From an uncultured Woeseiaceae bacterium (GTDB lineage: Bacteria; Pseudomonadota; Gammaproteobacteria; Steroidobacterales; Woeseiaceae): a stretch of 64,000 nt of DNA. The position numbers and the translations under genes were made by a program. Below are positions 34,363 to 44,197 of this stretch, piece by piece. The notes under the pieces were generated by a model. That model was not told the origin of the DNA, did no database searches, and saw only the letters and a program-made list of their open reading frames with translations. The stretch is from positions 173 to 64,172 of the forward strand of contig CAYRZI010000003.1 in NCBI GenBank assembly GCA_964428605.1. Reading direction: 5' to 3'. Numbering within the stretch: the stretch's first letter is position 1; each line of letters opens with the position of its first letter.

Positions 34363-35064
34363 TCAGAAACTGTCGCTCCAGCGCGAGCGCTTGCGCCAGC
34401 GGATCCTGGGCACGATGATGCCCACCAGTACGCCGGCCAGCAGCACGGCGGCACCCGCGATGAACCAGTCCCGGTTGCGCCGGCTCGCGAGCTGGCCGTT
34501 CTCCTGCTGCAGGGCGGCGATCTGCACCTCGGCCGTGGAGAGCTGTTCGCGCAGGGCATTGTTCTCCGCGTTGATGGCGAGCACATTGGCCGCCGTGCGC
34601 CGGATCTCCGCGAGTTCCGCCTCCAGCTGCTTGTTCTCGGCCTCCAGCGTGCGGATGCGTGCCTCTGCCTCCTGCTTTGCGCGGGTCAGGTCGTCGAGCT
34701 GCGCGCCGAGATCCCCGCTCTGGTTGCGGATGGTCTCCAGGCGCTGGCGCATGTCGGCGAGCTGGTCCCGGGCCGCCGGCTCCGCCATGAGGTAGCGGGT
34801 GAGCACCCAGCCTTCGGTGCCGCCGAGGGTGCGCACGCGGGTATAGCCGCTGGCCGCGTCTTCCTCCAGCGTCTCCAGCTGGGCGCCGCTCGGCAGCATG
34901 CGGACGATCTGGTTTGCGGTGCTCGGCCCGGTCCGCAGGGTGATCTCGAACTGGTCCGACACGTAGCGGGTCTCCGCCACGGCCGCCTGACTCAGCACCG
35001 CCAGGAGCAGCGCCGCGAAATAAGGTGTGATGTGAAGGATTGTCTTCAAGTTCCTGAAACCCAT
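34363..35064 (-). CDS. ygiM: TIGR04211 SH3-domain protein (YgiM-like)
   Basis: ETRYVSD..ITLRTGPS, EGWV, coiled coil, C-terminal TM then RWRKRSRW. Confidence 0.85.
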   Translation of the reverse strand: MGFRNLKTILHITPYFAALLLAVLSQAAVAETRYVSDQFEITLRTGPSTANQIVRMLPSGAQLETLEEDAASGYTRVRTLGGTEGWVLTRYLMAEPAARDQLADMRQRLETIRNQSGDLGAQLDDLTRAKQEAEARIRTLEAENKQLEAELAEIRRTAANVLAINAENNALREQLSTAEVQIAALQQENGQLASRRNRDWFIAGAAVLLAGVLVGIIVPRIRWRKRSRWSDSF

Positions 35065-35142
35065 ATTGAATTGCGTCCGAGAGGACGCATCAGCAACGAC
35101 TATAATGCAAGCTCCCGCGCGGTGCCAGCCGTCCCGCGCCCG

Positions 35143-35763
35143 TCAATCGGCGCTTGTCCGACGCCAGACCAGCAGCAGGTTGTTGGCCGGCATCGCATAC
35201 TCGGCCTCACGCTCCAGGCCGTGACCGGCGGCCTCCAGGTCCATGTCCTGGAGATCCCGGATGCCCATGGCGGCGTCCCGGCTGCGCAGCTGGCGGTCGA
35301 ACCGGCAGTTGCTCTCGCTGGTCTGTTCGCCCCCCCTGGAGAAGGGACCGTAGATCAGCAGCAAACCGCCGGGCTCCAGCACCCGGGCGGCGCCCTCCAG
35401 CATGGCGCAGACAGCGGCCCAGCTCATGATGTGGGCGGTGTTCGCCGAGTAGACCGCGTCGTAGCGTCCGGCCGGCCACTGCTCCCGCAGCACGTCCAGC
35501 ACGAGGGGTGCCGGCATGGCCGGCGCGTCGGGTGCCGCCAGTCCGGCCGCGAGTCCGGGCAGGTTGGCCTCGACATCGCTCGCCTGCCATTCGATGCGCG
35601 GCAGCTCCGCGGCGAAGAAGCGCGCATGCTGGCCGGTGCCGGCGCCGATCTCCAGCACCCGCTGACCCGGCGCGAGATGCCGGCGAAGTGCGGTCAGGAT
35701 TGGCCGGCGGTTACGCTCGGCCGCGGGCGAGAACGGCGGCTGCGCGGTCACGGTCGCAGTCAC
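35143..35763 (-). CDS. DUF938-family methyltransferase
   Basis: SPAAERNRRPI, LEIGAGTGQH, ANTAHIMSW, YGPF, MPANN. Confidence 0.92.
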   Translation of the reverse strand: MTATVTAQPPFSPAAERNRRPILTALRRHLAPGQRVLEIGAGTGQHARFFAAELPRIEWQASDVEANLPGLAAGLAAPDAPAMPAPLVLDVLREQWPAGRYDAVYSANTAHIMSWAAVCAMLEGAARVLEPGGLLLIYGPFSRGGEQTSESNCRFDRQLRSRDAAMGIRDLQDMDLEAAGHGLEREAEYAMPANNLLLVWRRTSAD

Positions 35764-35769
35764 CCGGGG

Positions 35770-36336
35770 TCAGCCGGTCTGCATCGCCGCCACGGAGAAC
35801 AGATGCTCCCGGTAGTGACGCAGCTCGGCGATGGAATCCCGGATGTCGTCCAGCGCCCGGTGACTCGACTCCTTGCGGAAGTCCGCGGCCACCGGCGGAG
35901 CCCACAGGCTGGCCAGTATCTTCAGCGTGCTCACGTCCAGGTTACGGTAGTGGAAGAACGCCTCCAGGCCGGGCATGCACCGGGCCAGGAAGCGCCTGTC
36001 CTGGCAGATACTGTTGCCGCACATCGGCGAGCTTCCCGGCTCGACGTACTGGCGCAGGAAGGCAAGCGTCGCCTGCTCCGCCTGGGTCTCGGTCACCCGG
36101 CTCTCGGCCACCCGCGCCGTGAGCCCCGAGGCGCCGTGCTGGGTGCGGTTCCACTCGTCCATCCGGGCCATCACCTCCTCCGGCTGGTGGATGGCCAGCA
36201 CCGGCCCTTCCGCGACCTCGTTCAGGTCCGCATCGGTGACGATGGTGGCGATCTCGATGATCTGGTCGTTCACCGTATCGAGTCCCGTCATCTCCAGATC
36301 GATCCAGATCAGGTTGCCGCGATCCTTCCCTGCCAT
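35770..36336 (-). CDS. orn: Oligoribonuclease
   Basis: [42 protein letters not shown]. Start could be a few codons upstream. Confidence 0.96.
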   Translation of the reverse strand: MAGKDRGNLIWIDLEMTGLDTVNDQIIEIATIVTDADLNEVAEGPVLAIHQPEEVMARMDEWNRTQHGASGLTARVAESRVTETQAEQATLAFLRQYVEPGSSPMCGNSICQDRRFLARCMPGLEAFFHYRNLDVSTLKILASLWAPPVAADFRKESSHRALDDIRDSIAELRHYREHLFSVAAMQTG

Positions 36337-36432
36337 GTTCGCGTCCGTCATTAGGTCCGTCATCCCGGAAAACTGGCGGGCAGTGTAGCAGAGGGCCGCA
36401 CGCCGCCGGGCCGGGGCGCCTATACTTCGGCC

Positions 36433-37353
36433 ATGGCGAGGAAGCGGGACAGGCAGCCCCACGACGGCGAATTGCTCACCGTCACCGCCGCCCGGGGCCA
36501 CCGCCTGGAGCTGGAAGCGGCCGACGGGCGGCGCCTGCCGGCGCGCACCAAGGGCAAGAGGCTGCGGGTCGTCTGCGGCGACCGGGTGGCGGCGGCGCCC
36601 ATTGCCGGCGAGGCGGACTGGCTCGTCACCGCAGTGGCGCCCCGGGACAACGCGCTGGCCCGTATCGACAGCCGCGGCCGCCCCGAGATGCTCGCGGCGA
36701 ACCTCGACCAGCTCCTGGTGACTGCGGCGGTGCTGCCCGAACCCGACTTCTTCATCGTCGACCGCTACCTCTGCGCCGCCGAACTCATGGGTATCCGCGC
36801 CGCCGTCGTCCTCAACAAGGCCGACCTCGACGCCGCCGGCCCGGAGGAACTCGCCGGCTACGAGTCCCTCGGTTACCCGGTCCTGCGAGTGTCCGCGGAA
36901 ACCGGGGCCGGCATCGATGCCCTCGCGGAAGTGCTGGCCGGCCGCGTGAGCATGCTGGTGGGCCAGTCCGGCGTCGGCAAGTCGTCGCTGATCAACGCGG
37001 TGGTACCGGGCGCCGGCCAGCGCATCGCGGCAGTCTCCGCGGCGACGCGGGAGGGCCGTCACACGACGGTGGCCGCAGAGATGATCGCCCTGCCCCGCGG
37101 CGGCCGGCTGATCGACTCGCCGGGAGTGCGGGACTTCGCGCCGTATATCGCCGCCGACGTGGACGTGGGCGCCGGGTTCCGGGAGATCCGCGAAGCTTCG
37201 GCAAGCTGCCGGTTCAACGACTGCCTGCACCGATCCGAGCCGGGCTGCGCCGTGCGCGAGGCCGTCGAGGCGGACCGGATCAGCGAACGGCGCTACACGA
37301 GCTATCGGCGGCTGCTGAACCTCACGCGCCAGCTCCGCCGGGAGGACTGGTGA
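36433..37353 (+). CDS. rsgA: Ribosome small subunit-dependent GTPase A
   Basis: [36 protein letters not shown] zinc site. Confidence 0.95.
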   Translation: MARKRDRQPHDGELLTVTAARGHRLELEAADGRRLPARTKGKRLRVVCGDRVAAAPIAGEADWLVTAVAPRDNALARIDSRGRPEMLAANLDQLLVTAAVLPEPDFFIVDRYLCAAELMGIRAAVVLNKADLDAAGPEELAGYESLGYPVLRVSAETGAGIDALAEVLAGRVSMLVGQSGVGKSSLINAVVPGAGQRIAAVSAATREGRHTTVAAEMIALPRGGRLIDSPGVRDFAPYIAADVDVGAGFREIREASASCRFNDCLHRSEPGCAVREAVEADRISERRYTSYRRLLNLTRQLRREDW

Positions 37354-37359
37354 GCCGAC

Positions 37360-37722
37360 TCAGCCCGGCGGCCAGCCGAGCCGTCGGCCGGCGAGCAGGT
37401 GCAGATGGATGTGGAAGACGCTCTGCCCGGCGCCCTCCCCGCAGTTCATGACCACCCGGTAGCCGTCGTCGGCGTGACCCTCGTCCGCCGCCACGGATTT
37501 CGCGGCAGCGAAGAGTTCGCCGACCAGGGCGTGGTGAGCCGAGTCGATGTCGTTGATGGTCGGGATGTGCTCCTTCGGGATGAAAAGCACGTGGGTCGGC
37601 GCCTGGGGATTGATGTCCCGGAAACCGATTACGTGCTCCGACTCGTAGACCTGGTCCGCCGGGATCTCCCCGGCGACGATCTTGCAGAACAGGCAGTCCG
37701 GGTCTCTCTTGTCGTCGCTCAT
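37360..37722 (-). CDS. hinT: Histidine triad nucleotide-binding protein
   Basis: CLFCKI, DINPQAPTH, HIHLHLLAGR..GWPPG. Confidence 0.93.
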   Translation of the reverse strand: MSDDKRDPDCLFCKIVAGEIPADQVYESEHVIGFRDINPQAPTHVLFIPKEHIPTINDIDSAHHALVGELFAAAKSVAADEGHADDGYRVVMNCGEGAGQSVFHIHLHLLAGRRLGWPPG

Positions 37723-37756
37723 CTCCACCTCCTGTTTCTCTCGCGGCGGATGGCGC

Positions 37757-38359
37757 TCACGCTCCGATGGAGCGCCGGCCTGCGAAGGCATGGGACAGGG
37801 TACCGCCGTCCACGTACTCGAGCTCGCCGCCGATGGGCACACCGTGGGCGATGCGGCTCGCGCCGATGCCGCGGCGCGCCGCGAGTTCGGCCACGTAATG
37901 GGCCGTCGCGTCCCCCTCCACCGTCGGGTTGGTGGCGATGATGACCTCCTCCACCTCCCCTTCCTCGAGCAGAGACTCGAGGCGGCCCAGGCCGAGCTCC
38001 TCGGGTCCGATGCCGTCCAGGGGCGAGAGATGGCCCAGCAGCACGAAATAGCGCCCCCGGTAGCCGGTGTGGTCCTCGACGGCCATCACGTCGGCCGGCG
38101 TCTCCACGATGCACAGCTGGCTCGCATCCCGGGAGGCATCCCTGCAGACAGGGCAGACAGTCTCCTCCGAGAACATGCGGCAGCGCTCGCACTTGCCAAT
38201 GCCGGCCACCGCCTCCGCGAGCGCCGCGGACAGCCGCGTGGCACCGTCCGGGTCGCGCTCCAGCAGGTGGAAGGCCATGCGCTGGGCGGACTTCTGCCCG
38301 ACGCCGGGCAGGCAGCGCAGCGTCTCTATCAGCTGGACCAGCAGCGGCGAGTAGACCAT
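37757..38359 (-). CDS. recR: Recombination mediator RecR
   Basis: [14 protein letters not shown]4 zinc finger, [17 protein letters not shown]. Confidence 0.97.
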   Translation of the reverse strand: MVYSPLLVQLIETLRCLPGVGQKSAQRMAFHLLERDPDGATRLSAALAEAVAGIGKCERCRMFSEETVCPVCRDASRDASQLCIVETPADVMAVEDHTGYRGRYFVLLGHLSPLDGIGPEELGLGRLESLLEEGEVEEVIIATNPTVEGDATAHYVAELAARRGIGASRIAHGVPIGGELEYVDGGTLSHAFAGRRSIGA

Positions 38360-38366
38360 TGCCTGA

Positions 38367-38693
38367 TCAGCCGAAGGGCAGCTTCATCCCGGGCGGCAGG
38401 CCCATGCCCGACGTCAGACCGGACATCTTCTCCCGGGTGGTCTCCTCCACCCGCCGGATGGCATCGTTCATGGCCGCAGCTACGAGATCCTCCAGCATCT
38501 CCCGGTCGTCGCCGATGAGCTCCTCGTCGATCTCCACCCGACGCACCTCGTGCCGGCAGTTCATGGTGACCTTCACCATGCCCGCGCCCGATTCTCCGGT
38601 CACCTCGATGCTCGCCAGCTCCTCCTGGGCCTGCTGCATCTTCTCCTGCATCTGCTGGGCCTGCTTCATCAACTGGCCGAGTCCACCCTTCAT
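38367..38693 (-). CDS. ybaB: YbaB/EbfC nucleoid-associated protein
   Basis: [27 protein letters not shown]. Confidence 0.96.
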   Translation of the reverse strand: MKGGLGQLMKQAQQMQEKMQQAQEELASIEVTGESGAGMVKVTMNCRHEVRRVEIDEELIGDDREMLEDLVAAAMNDAIRRVEETTREKMSGLTSGMGLPPGMKLPFG

Positions 38694-38720
38694 TGATCGC
38701 GCCTCCGCTTGTCCTGTCCG

Positions 38721-40382
38721 TCAGTCCTGATCTTTCAGCCGCACCGTATCGGGCTGCAGCTCCGCCCCGAACATGTCCTGCAGGATACGCACATTCGGAT
38801 CCTCTTCCAGGCCCTTCTTCGCGGCCTCGAGCCGCTCGGCCTCCAGGCGGCGTTCGCGCTGCACCGGCGTCTCCCCGGCGTTGCCCACCCGGATGTTCAC
38901 CTTCAGTGGCTCGCCGAAATACCCGGCCAGCGCCTGTTCGAGGGTGCGGCGACGCGCTTCGGTCAGCAGGGACTCGCTGCGCTCGTCCAGCTGCAGCTGC
39001 ACGCCGTTGCCCGTCCGCTCCACGAACGCGCAGTTGGCCGCCAGCAGCCGCACCGAGCCGGAGATATCCAGCTGCCCCGCCAGCCGGTGCCAGTCCGGCG
39101 TCGACCAGAATTCCGTGTGCCGCGGGCCCGCCGCAGCCGCCGGGGTCGCGCCCGGGTTCTCCGCCGGGGCGGCCGCCGTTTCTCCGGCGGGTTCCGACGG
39201 CGCGCCCGCCGCGGCCGGCTCTTCGGTCACCATTTTCGCCGGCGACAGCGAGCGGGTCCGCCCCGCCGTCCGGGCAGCCCCGCCCCCCGGATCGCCGGCA
39301 CCGGCCGGCCGGAAGGCGAGCATTCTGAGCAGCGTCATCTCGAAGCCCGCACGCGGGTCCGGCGCCAGCGGCAGGTCCCGGCGGCCCGTGACGGCGGTCT
39401 GATAATACAGCTGCACGTCATCCGGCGTGAGCCTGCCGGCGTAGGCCGCGACCATCTCCTCGTCGCCTTCCTCCAGGTCGGTCGCCCCCACCACCTGGTA
39501 GACGGCGATGCGTTGCAGGGCCGCCGCGATCTCGTCCAGCAGCCGGGCATAGTCCGGAAACTGTTCGTCGATGGCGGCCACCGTGGCGAGCAGGCCGGAG
39601 CCGTCGGCCGCGGCCAGGGAATCGAGCAGGCCGGTCACGTGCTGGCGGTCCACCGTGCCGAGCATCGCGCGGGTCTCGTCCTCCCGCACCGCGCCGCCGC
39701 CGTAGGCGATGGCCTGGTCGAGCAGGCTCAGCGAGTCCCGCACGCTGCCCTCTGCGGCGCGGGCGATCAGGGCGAGCGCCTCCGGCTCCCCCTCCACTTC
39801 CTCGGCCGCGCAGATCCGGGTCAGATGCTCGCCGATCATCTGCGGCGTGAGGCGCTTCAGGTTGAACTGCAGGCAGCGGGAGAGCACCGTCACCGGCAGC
39901 TTCTGCGGGTCGGTGGTAGCCAGGAGGAACTTCACGTGGGGCGGCGGCTCCTCCAGCGTCTTCAGCAACGCATTGAAGGAATGCATGGAGAGCATGTGCA
40001 CCTCGTCGATGAGGTACACCTTGTAGCGCCCCCGCGCCGGCGCGTACTGCACGTTGTCCAGCAGGTCGCGGGTGTCGTCCACTTTCGTGCGGGAGGCGGC
40101 GTCCACCTCGATCAGGTCCACGAATCGGCCCTGGTCGATCTCGGCGCAGGCGCTGCATTCGCCGCAGGGGTCGGGACCGACACCCTGCTCGCAGTTGAGC
40201 GCTTTCGCGAGGATGCGGGCGATGGTGGTCTTGCCGACGCCCCGGGTGCCGGCGAACAGGTAGGCATGGTGAAGGCGGCCGCTCGCGAGCGCGTTCGTCA
40301 GCGCCTGCAGCACGTGCTGCTGACCGACCATGTCTCCGAAGGCCCGGGGCCGCCACTTGCGTGCTAGTACGAGATAGCTCAT
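38721..40382 (-). CDS. dnaX: DNA polymerase III subunit gamma/tau
   Basis: MSYLVLARKWRP, GTRGVGKT, IDEVHML, LSRC. Confidence 0.97.
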   Translation of the reverse strand: MSYLVLARKWRPRAFGDMVGQQHVLQALTNALASGRLHHAYLFAGTRGVGKTTIARILAKALNCEQGVGPDPCGECSACAEIDQGRFVDLIEVDAASRTKVDDTRDLLDNVQYAPARGRYKVYLIDEVHMLSMHSFNALLKTLEEPPPHVKFLLATTDPQKLPVTVLSRCLQFNLKRLTPQMIGEHLTRICAAEEVEGEPEALALIARAAEGSVRDSLSLLDQAIAYGGGAVREDETRAMLGTVDRQHVTGLLDSLAAADGSGLLATVAAIDEQFPDYARLLDEIAAALQRIAVYQVVGATDLEEGDEEMVAAYAGRLTPDDVQLYYQTAVTGRRDLPLAPDPRAGFEMTLLRMLAFRPAGAGDPGGGAARTAGRTRSLSPAKMVTEEPAAAGAPSEPAGETAAAPAENPGATPAAAAGPRHTEFWSTPDWHRLAGQLDISGSVRLLAANCAFVERTGNGVQLQLDERSESLLTEARRRTLEQALAGYFGEPLKVNIRVGNAGETPVQRERRLEAERLEAAKKGLEEDPNVRILQDMFGAELQPDTVRLKDQD

Positions 40383-40409
40383 CGAAAAGACCGGGGACGC
40401 GGAGCCCTG

Positions 40410-40463
40410 CTACACGATCGGGCCTGAAGGCCCTCCTACAGAGCCTGAAGGCCCTCCTACAGA
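40410..40463 (-). repeat. GTAG-type REP-like palindrome, tandem 21-bp duplication
   Basis: GCCTGAAGGCCCTCCTACAGA occurs twice (40422-40442, 40443-40463); the minus strand reads TGTAGGAGGGCCTTCAGGCCCGA. Confidence 0.7.
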
Positions 40464-40472
40464 GAATGAAGA

Positions 40473-40578
40473 GGCCCGCGCCAGCTCGTCCCCGGCACCC
40501 GGTGTCACCGCTGCCGCTGCTCCCTTCCGGGCCTGACGGGGTTCACGGCTGACCGTCGCGGGGCAACCGACGCGGACC
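40473..40578 (-). ncRNA. ffs: SRP RNA (4.5S, small bacterial type)
   Basis: Core TCAGGCCCGGAAGGGAGCAGC; paired ends GGTCCGCG/CGCGGGCC; upstream of dnaX. Confidence 0.93.
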
Positions 40579-40640
40579 AGTGGTCATTATCTCAGTGATG
40601 CGGCGAGGAATCATCCCCCGTCGCCGCACGCGTTCCCGCC

Positions 40641-40973
40641 TCAGCCGGTGGCGGACACCTTTTCCTTCCAGGCCTTCAGCTGGCGCTCCATGGCGTCGAA
40701 GGCGTCGCGCACCGCCACGTAGACGTCCTGGTGGGCACGGCGGTCGCCGGGCTGGTTGCTGACCGCCAGCTCCGTGCCGGGGACCCGCACCTCCAGCCTC
40801 ACCTCGTAGTGGTTTCCCTGGCGCTGGTTGCGCTGCACGGCATGCACGTAGACGTGGCAGCTGGTGATGCGGTCGTAGAATTTCTCGAGCTTGGCCGCGC
40901 GTTCCCTGACGGCCTGTTCAACCGATTCCGAGCGGTCCATGTCGTGGAAATGGATTTCCGGTGGCGTCTGCAC
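40641..40973 (-). CDS. HPF/RaiA-family ribosome-associated protein
   Basis: MQTPPEIHFHDMDRSE, LEKFYDRITSCHV, DVYVAVRDAFDAMERQL; AGGAG SD with GTG start. Confidence 0.88.
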   Translation of the reverse strand: MQTPPEIHFHDMDRSESVEQAVRERAAKLEKFYDRITSCHVYVHAVQRNQRQGNHYEVRLEVRVPGTELAVSNQPGDRRAHQDVYVAVRDAFDAMERQLKAWKEKVSATG

Positions 40974-41042
40974 AGTTACACTCCTGGGGTCGTCTGCAGC
41001 CGATGCTGCCAGCGTAACAGAGTCCGCGGCAGCGGTGCGGAT

Positions 41043-42317
41043 TCAGCCGTCCGCCCGCCCGACGTCGCCGGCCCAGCGCATCGCCTCTACCTGCAGACCC
41101 GCCAGCATGGTGACGTCCAGGCCCTCGCACTCCTGTGTCAGCCGGATCACCTCGGCGGGGTCGTCCCCTTCGAGCGCCTCCGTGACCGACAGCTGCAGGC
41201 CGAGATCGCCGCTGCGCCAGAGCAACGCATCGCGCACGTCGTCCTGCAGCGGCAGCGGTGCCAGGATATCGGCCAGCGGCGCGCCGATCAGCGTGTCCAG
41301 AAGCGACAGAATCCCGGTCATGAAAGCCCGGTCGGCGTAGGCCGCTTCCGAGGAGAACTCCGCCGCCATCAGCTCCATGAGGCGGCCCCGCGTCGCGGCG
41401 AGGGTCAGGAGCGGGCTCGGAAAATCAGCCCGGCCGTCCTGGGCGAACAGCATCACCTGGAGCCATCGCTGCAGCCGCCGCCGGCCGAGCAGCACCAGGG
41501 CGTGGGAGAGGCTTTCCACCCGGTGGCGCAGCCCCATGCCGGAAGAGTTCACCAGGCGTATCAGCTTGTAGCCGAGCTCCGGCAGTCGCTTTACGCTCTG
41601 CTCGATCTCCCCGATCTCGGTATCGCCGAGGATCTGCTGCAGCAGGCGGATCAGGTCCTGGCGGGACGGGTCGGCCGAGCGGCCCTCCAGGAGCACCGGC
41701 CGCGCGAAGAAGAAACCCTGGAACAGGTCGAATCCGAGCCGCTTGCACCGCGCCGCCTGCTCGGGTGAATCCACCTTCTCGGCGAGCAGCTGCATACCGG
41801 GCCGCTGGACCGCGCGCACCAGGTCGCCCAGCGCCTCCGGATGCACCGCGTGCAGGTCCACCTTGATCACGTCGACCAGCGGCAGGATGTCCTCGTGGGA
41901 ATCGTCGAGCCCGGTGACGTCGTCCAGGGCGAAGCGGAAACCCTGCCGGTACAGGTCGGTACAGCGGCGGACCAGCTCCGGCGTGATCGTCACGCTCTCC
42001 AGGATCTCCAGCCGGATGCGGTCCGGCGGCAGCGCCTCCGGCAGCTCCGAGCACAGGCTCTCCGCGTCGAAATTGACGTAGCCACGGCAAGCGCCGAGCA
42101 CGGCCTCCAGGCCCAGCTCGGAGAAAGCATGGGTAATCACGCTCGCGGTTGCCGGGCGGTCGCCGGGGAAGGCGCCGCCGTCCGGTGAGCGGAACAGGAG
42201 CTCGTAGGCCACCGTGTTGCCGGCGCGGTCCAGGATGGGCTGGCGGCCGAGGACGAAGGGAGTAACCCGGCCGGCCTGTGTGCCCGTCCCGACATCGATG
42301 GCGGAGCTCCCTGACAT
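41043..42317 (-). CDS. EAL-HDOD domain protein (c-di-GMP phosphodiesterase-like)
   Basis: RQPILD..AYELLFR, LEILE, FALDD, IKVD, AEKVD, FQGFFF, then HDOD (KLIRLVNS, AFMTGILSLLD). Confidence 0.92.
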   Translation of the reverse strand: MSGSSAIDVGTGTQAGRVTPFVLGRQPILDRAGNTVAYELLFRSPDGGAFPGDRPATASVITHAFSELGLEAVLGACRGYVNFDAESLCSELPEALPPDRIRLEILESVTITPELVRRCTDLYRQGFRFALDDVTGLDDSHEDILPLVDVIKVDLHAVHPEALGDLVRAVQRPGMQLLAEKVDSPEQAARCKRLGFDLFQGFFFARPVLLEGRSADPSRQDLIRLLQQILGDTEIGEIEQSVKRLPELGYKLIRLVNSSGMGLRHRVESLSHALVLLGRRRLQRWLQVMLFAQDGRADFPSPLLTLAATRGRLMELMAAEFSSEAAYADRAFMTGILSLLDTLIGAPLADILAPLPLQDDVRDALLWRSGDLGLQLSVTEALEGDDPAEVIRLTQECEGLDVTMLAGLQVEAMRWAGDVGRADG

Positions 42318-42351
42318 GGCGCGCAGTCTAGCTCAGGGCACCGGCCCGCGA

Positions 42352-42367
42352 TCCGACCCGGTTCACA
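42352..42367. promoter_or_regulatory. CRP-family site, class II geometry for the EAL-HDOD gene
   Basis: The minus strand reads TGTGA-ACCGGG-TCGGA; -10 TAGACT at 42330-42325, 29.5 bp from the site centre. Confidence 0.55.
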
Positions 42368-42427
42368 CAATGGTCGCCATCCCGCGCTTGCTCTACCATT
42401 GCGGGGCGATCAGCGCCGGGAGCCTCC

Positions 42428-43606
42428 ATGTCACTGAAGACGACAATCGTCTCGCATCTGACCGAGTCGTTCCTCGGCGAGGCGCGTCTGCGCAGGACCC
42501 GCGACAGGGTGGAACGCCGGCGGCGCCGGGAAGGCAGGCCCCACGTCGTCGAGTATTTCCACCAGCCGGACGACCCCTTCTCGCGCCTGCTGGCGCCGGC
42601 GCTACCCGCCTTCGTCGAACGCTACGATGTGGACCTGAGGATCTGGCTCGTCGGCCCGCCGCCGGACTGGGCCGCACCGGAGCGGGAGCGACTGGTCGAG
42701 TGGTCCCGCATCGATGCAGCCCGCCTCGCAGCCCGGACCGGACTGAATCCGGATGGCGAGGATCCTGCGGTCCGGCAGCTGCTCGCCCGCGCCCGCGGCG
42801 GCGGCGACGCGCGCCGCGAACGACTGGGCCATTATCTCGGCGCGATGCTGCATTACGGGGGCGAATGGTACTGGGGCCTGGACCGGCTCCACTACCTCGA
42901 GTCACGGCTGGCCGACTTGGGAGTCCGACGCCCCGGCGCACCGGCCGGACCGCTGTTCGCGCCGCCGGCCGTACCCTCCTCCGCGGCATCACCGCCCGCG
43001 TCCGGGCGCCCGCCGGACATCCACTGGTTCCTGTCTTTCCGCAGTCCGTATACCTACATCGCCGCAGAACGGGTCAGGGCCCTCGCCGACGCCTGCGGCG
43101 CCCGGCTGGAGCTGCGTTACGTGCTGCCGATGCGCATGCGCGGCCTGCCGGTGCCGAAGATGAAGAGCCGCTATATCGTCACCGACGTCGCCCGGGAAGC
43201 TCGGCGTCTGGGAGTGCCGTTCGGCCGCATCGCGGATCCCCTGGGCGAACCCGTGGAACGGGGCTACTCCCTGCTGCCGTGGGCCATCGGGGAGGGGCGG
43301 GGCTACGAGTACTGCCTCGCCTTCATGCGCGGCGTATGGTCCCGCGGCATCGATGCGGGCACGAACCGGGGCCTCGCGCGGATCGTCGCGGACGCCGGGC
43401 TGGACTGGCAGGCGGCGCGCCGGCACCTCGGCAGCGACGACTGGCGCCCCGTCGCCGAGGCGAACCAGGAGGAGTTGCTCGGGCTCGGACTGTGGGGCGT
43501 GCCCGGCTTCCGCGCGGGCGATGCCGCCGTCTGGGGTCAGGACCGCCTGTGGGCCGTCGAGGACGAAGTGCTGCGGCAATCGTACGACCGCACTGCGGCC
43601 GGCTGA
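42428..43606 (+). CDS. Tandem DsbA-fold (HCCA isomerase / GST-kappa-like) protein
   Basis: Two modules: VEYFHQPDDPFS...WYWGLDRL and IHWFLSFRSPYTY...LWGVPGF..VWGQDRL. Confidence 0.85.
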   Translation: MSLKTTIVSHLTESFLGEARLRRTRDRVERRRRREGRPHVVEYFHQPDDPFSRLLAPALPAFVERYDVDLRIWLVGPPPDWAAPERERLVEWSRIDAARLAARTGLNPDGEDPAVRQLLARARGGGDARRERLGHYLGAMLHYGGEWYWGLDRLHYLESRLADLGVRRPGAPAGPLFAPPAVPSSAASPPASGRPPDIHWFLSFRSPYTYIAAERVRALADACGARLELRYVLPMRMRGLPVPKMKSRYIVTDVAREARRLGVPFGRIADPLGEPVERGYSLLPWAIGEGRGYEYCLAFMRGVWSRGIDAGTNRGLARIVADAGLDWQAARRHLGSDDWRPVAEANQEELLGLGLWGVPGFRAGDAAVWGQDRLWAVEDEVLRQSYDRTAAG

Positions 43607-43713
43607 CGAATCCCGGTTATGTCAAACGGGCGCGGCTCCCGCGCTTGGCTGTCAACCCGGAGCGTCCCGGAGCGTTGGATTCCCTCCTGCCAACAACTCG
43701 AGGGAGACTCACG

Positions 43714-44145
43714 ATGAAAAGGCGCTCGACGACACACGCAACGATGGCCGCGACCCTGGCTGCGGCCGCCCTGACCACGGCGACGCTGCTTGCGGCCGGG
43801 CCCGCCCTCGCCGAACCGGGCGACCGGGTGGACGACCGCCTCGATCGCCACGGTGACCGCATCGAGGAACGGCTCGACCGCAGGGGCGACCGCATCGACG
43901 GACGGCTCGACAACCGGGGCGACCGGGCGGACCGGCGGCTGGACCGTGCATCCGAACGGGCGGAGGCCAACGGACGCGAAGGCGCGGCCCGCCATCTGGA
44001 CCGCAAAGGCGACCGGGTCGAGCGGCGGTTCGACCGCAAGGGCGACCGGGTCGACCGGCGGCTGGACCATAAAGGCGACCGCATCGACCGGGGCCTGGAC
44101 CGCAAGGGCGACCGGCTGGAGCGGCGGGCGGACCGGCGCAGCTAG
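43714..44145 (+). CDS. Exported protein made of 11-residue GDRxxxRLDRx repeats
   Basis: Signal peptide ending GPALA; 8 repeat units (33-bp DNA period); GAGGGAG SD. Confidence 0.8.
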   Translation: MKRRSTTHATMAATLAAAALTTATLLAAGPALAEPGDRVDDRLDRHGDRIEERLDRRGDRIDGRLDNRGDRADRRLDRASERAEANGREGAARHLDRKGDRVERRFDRKGDRVDRRLDHKGDRIDRGLDRKGDRLERRADRRS

Positions 44146-44173
44146 ATCGAACGCTCTCGCCCGGCATCCGTCG

Positions 44174-44197
44174 GGAGGGCCATTGCGGCCCTCCTTT
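44174..44197 (+). terminator. Probable intrinsic terminator
   Basis: GGAGGGCC-ATTGC-GGCCCTCC-TTT between convergent genes. Confidence 0.55.

Noticed and set aside
38721-40382. Programmed -1 frameshift in dnaX
   Set aside because: No A AAA AAG or poly-A slippery run was seen in the linker region.
40994-41012. Sigma54 promoter upstream of the HPF-like gene
   Set aside because: The GG-to-GC spacing is 11 nt rather than the required 10.
43810-44140. 33-bp periodic repeats as a CRISPR array
   Set aside because: They are degenerate in-frame coding repeats with no spacers and no cas genes.
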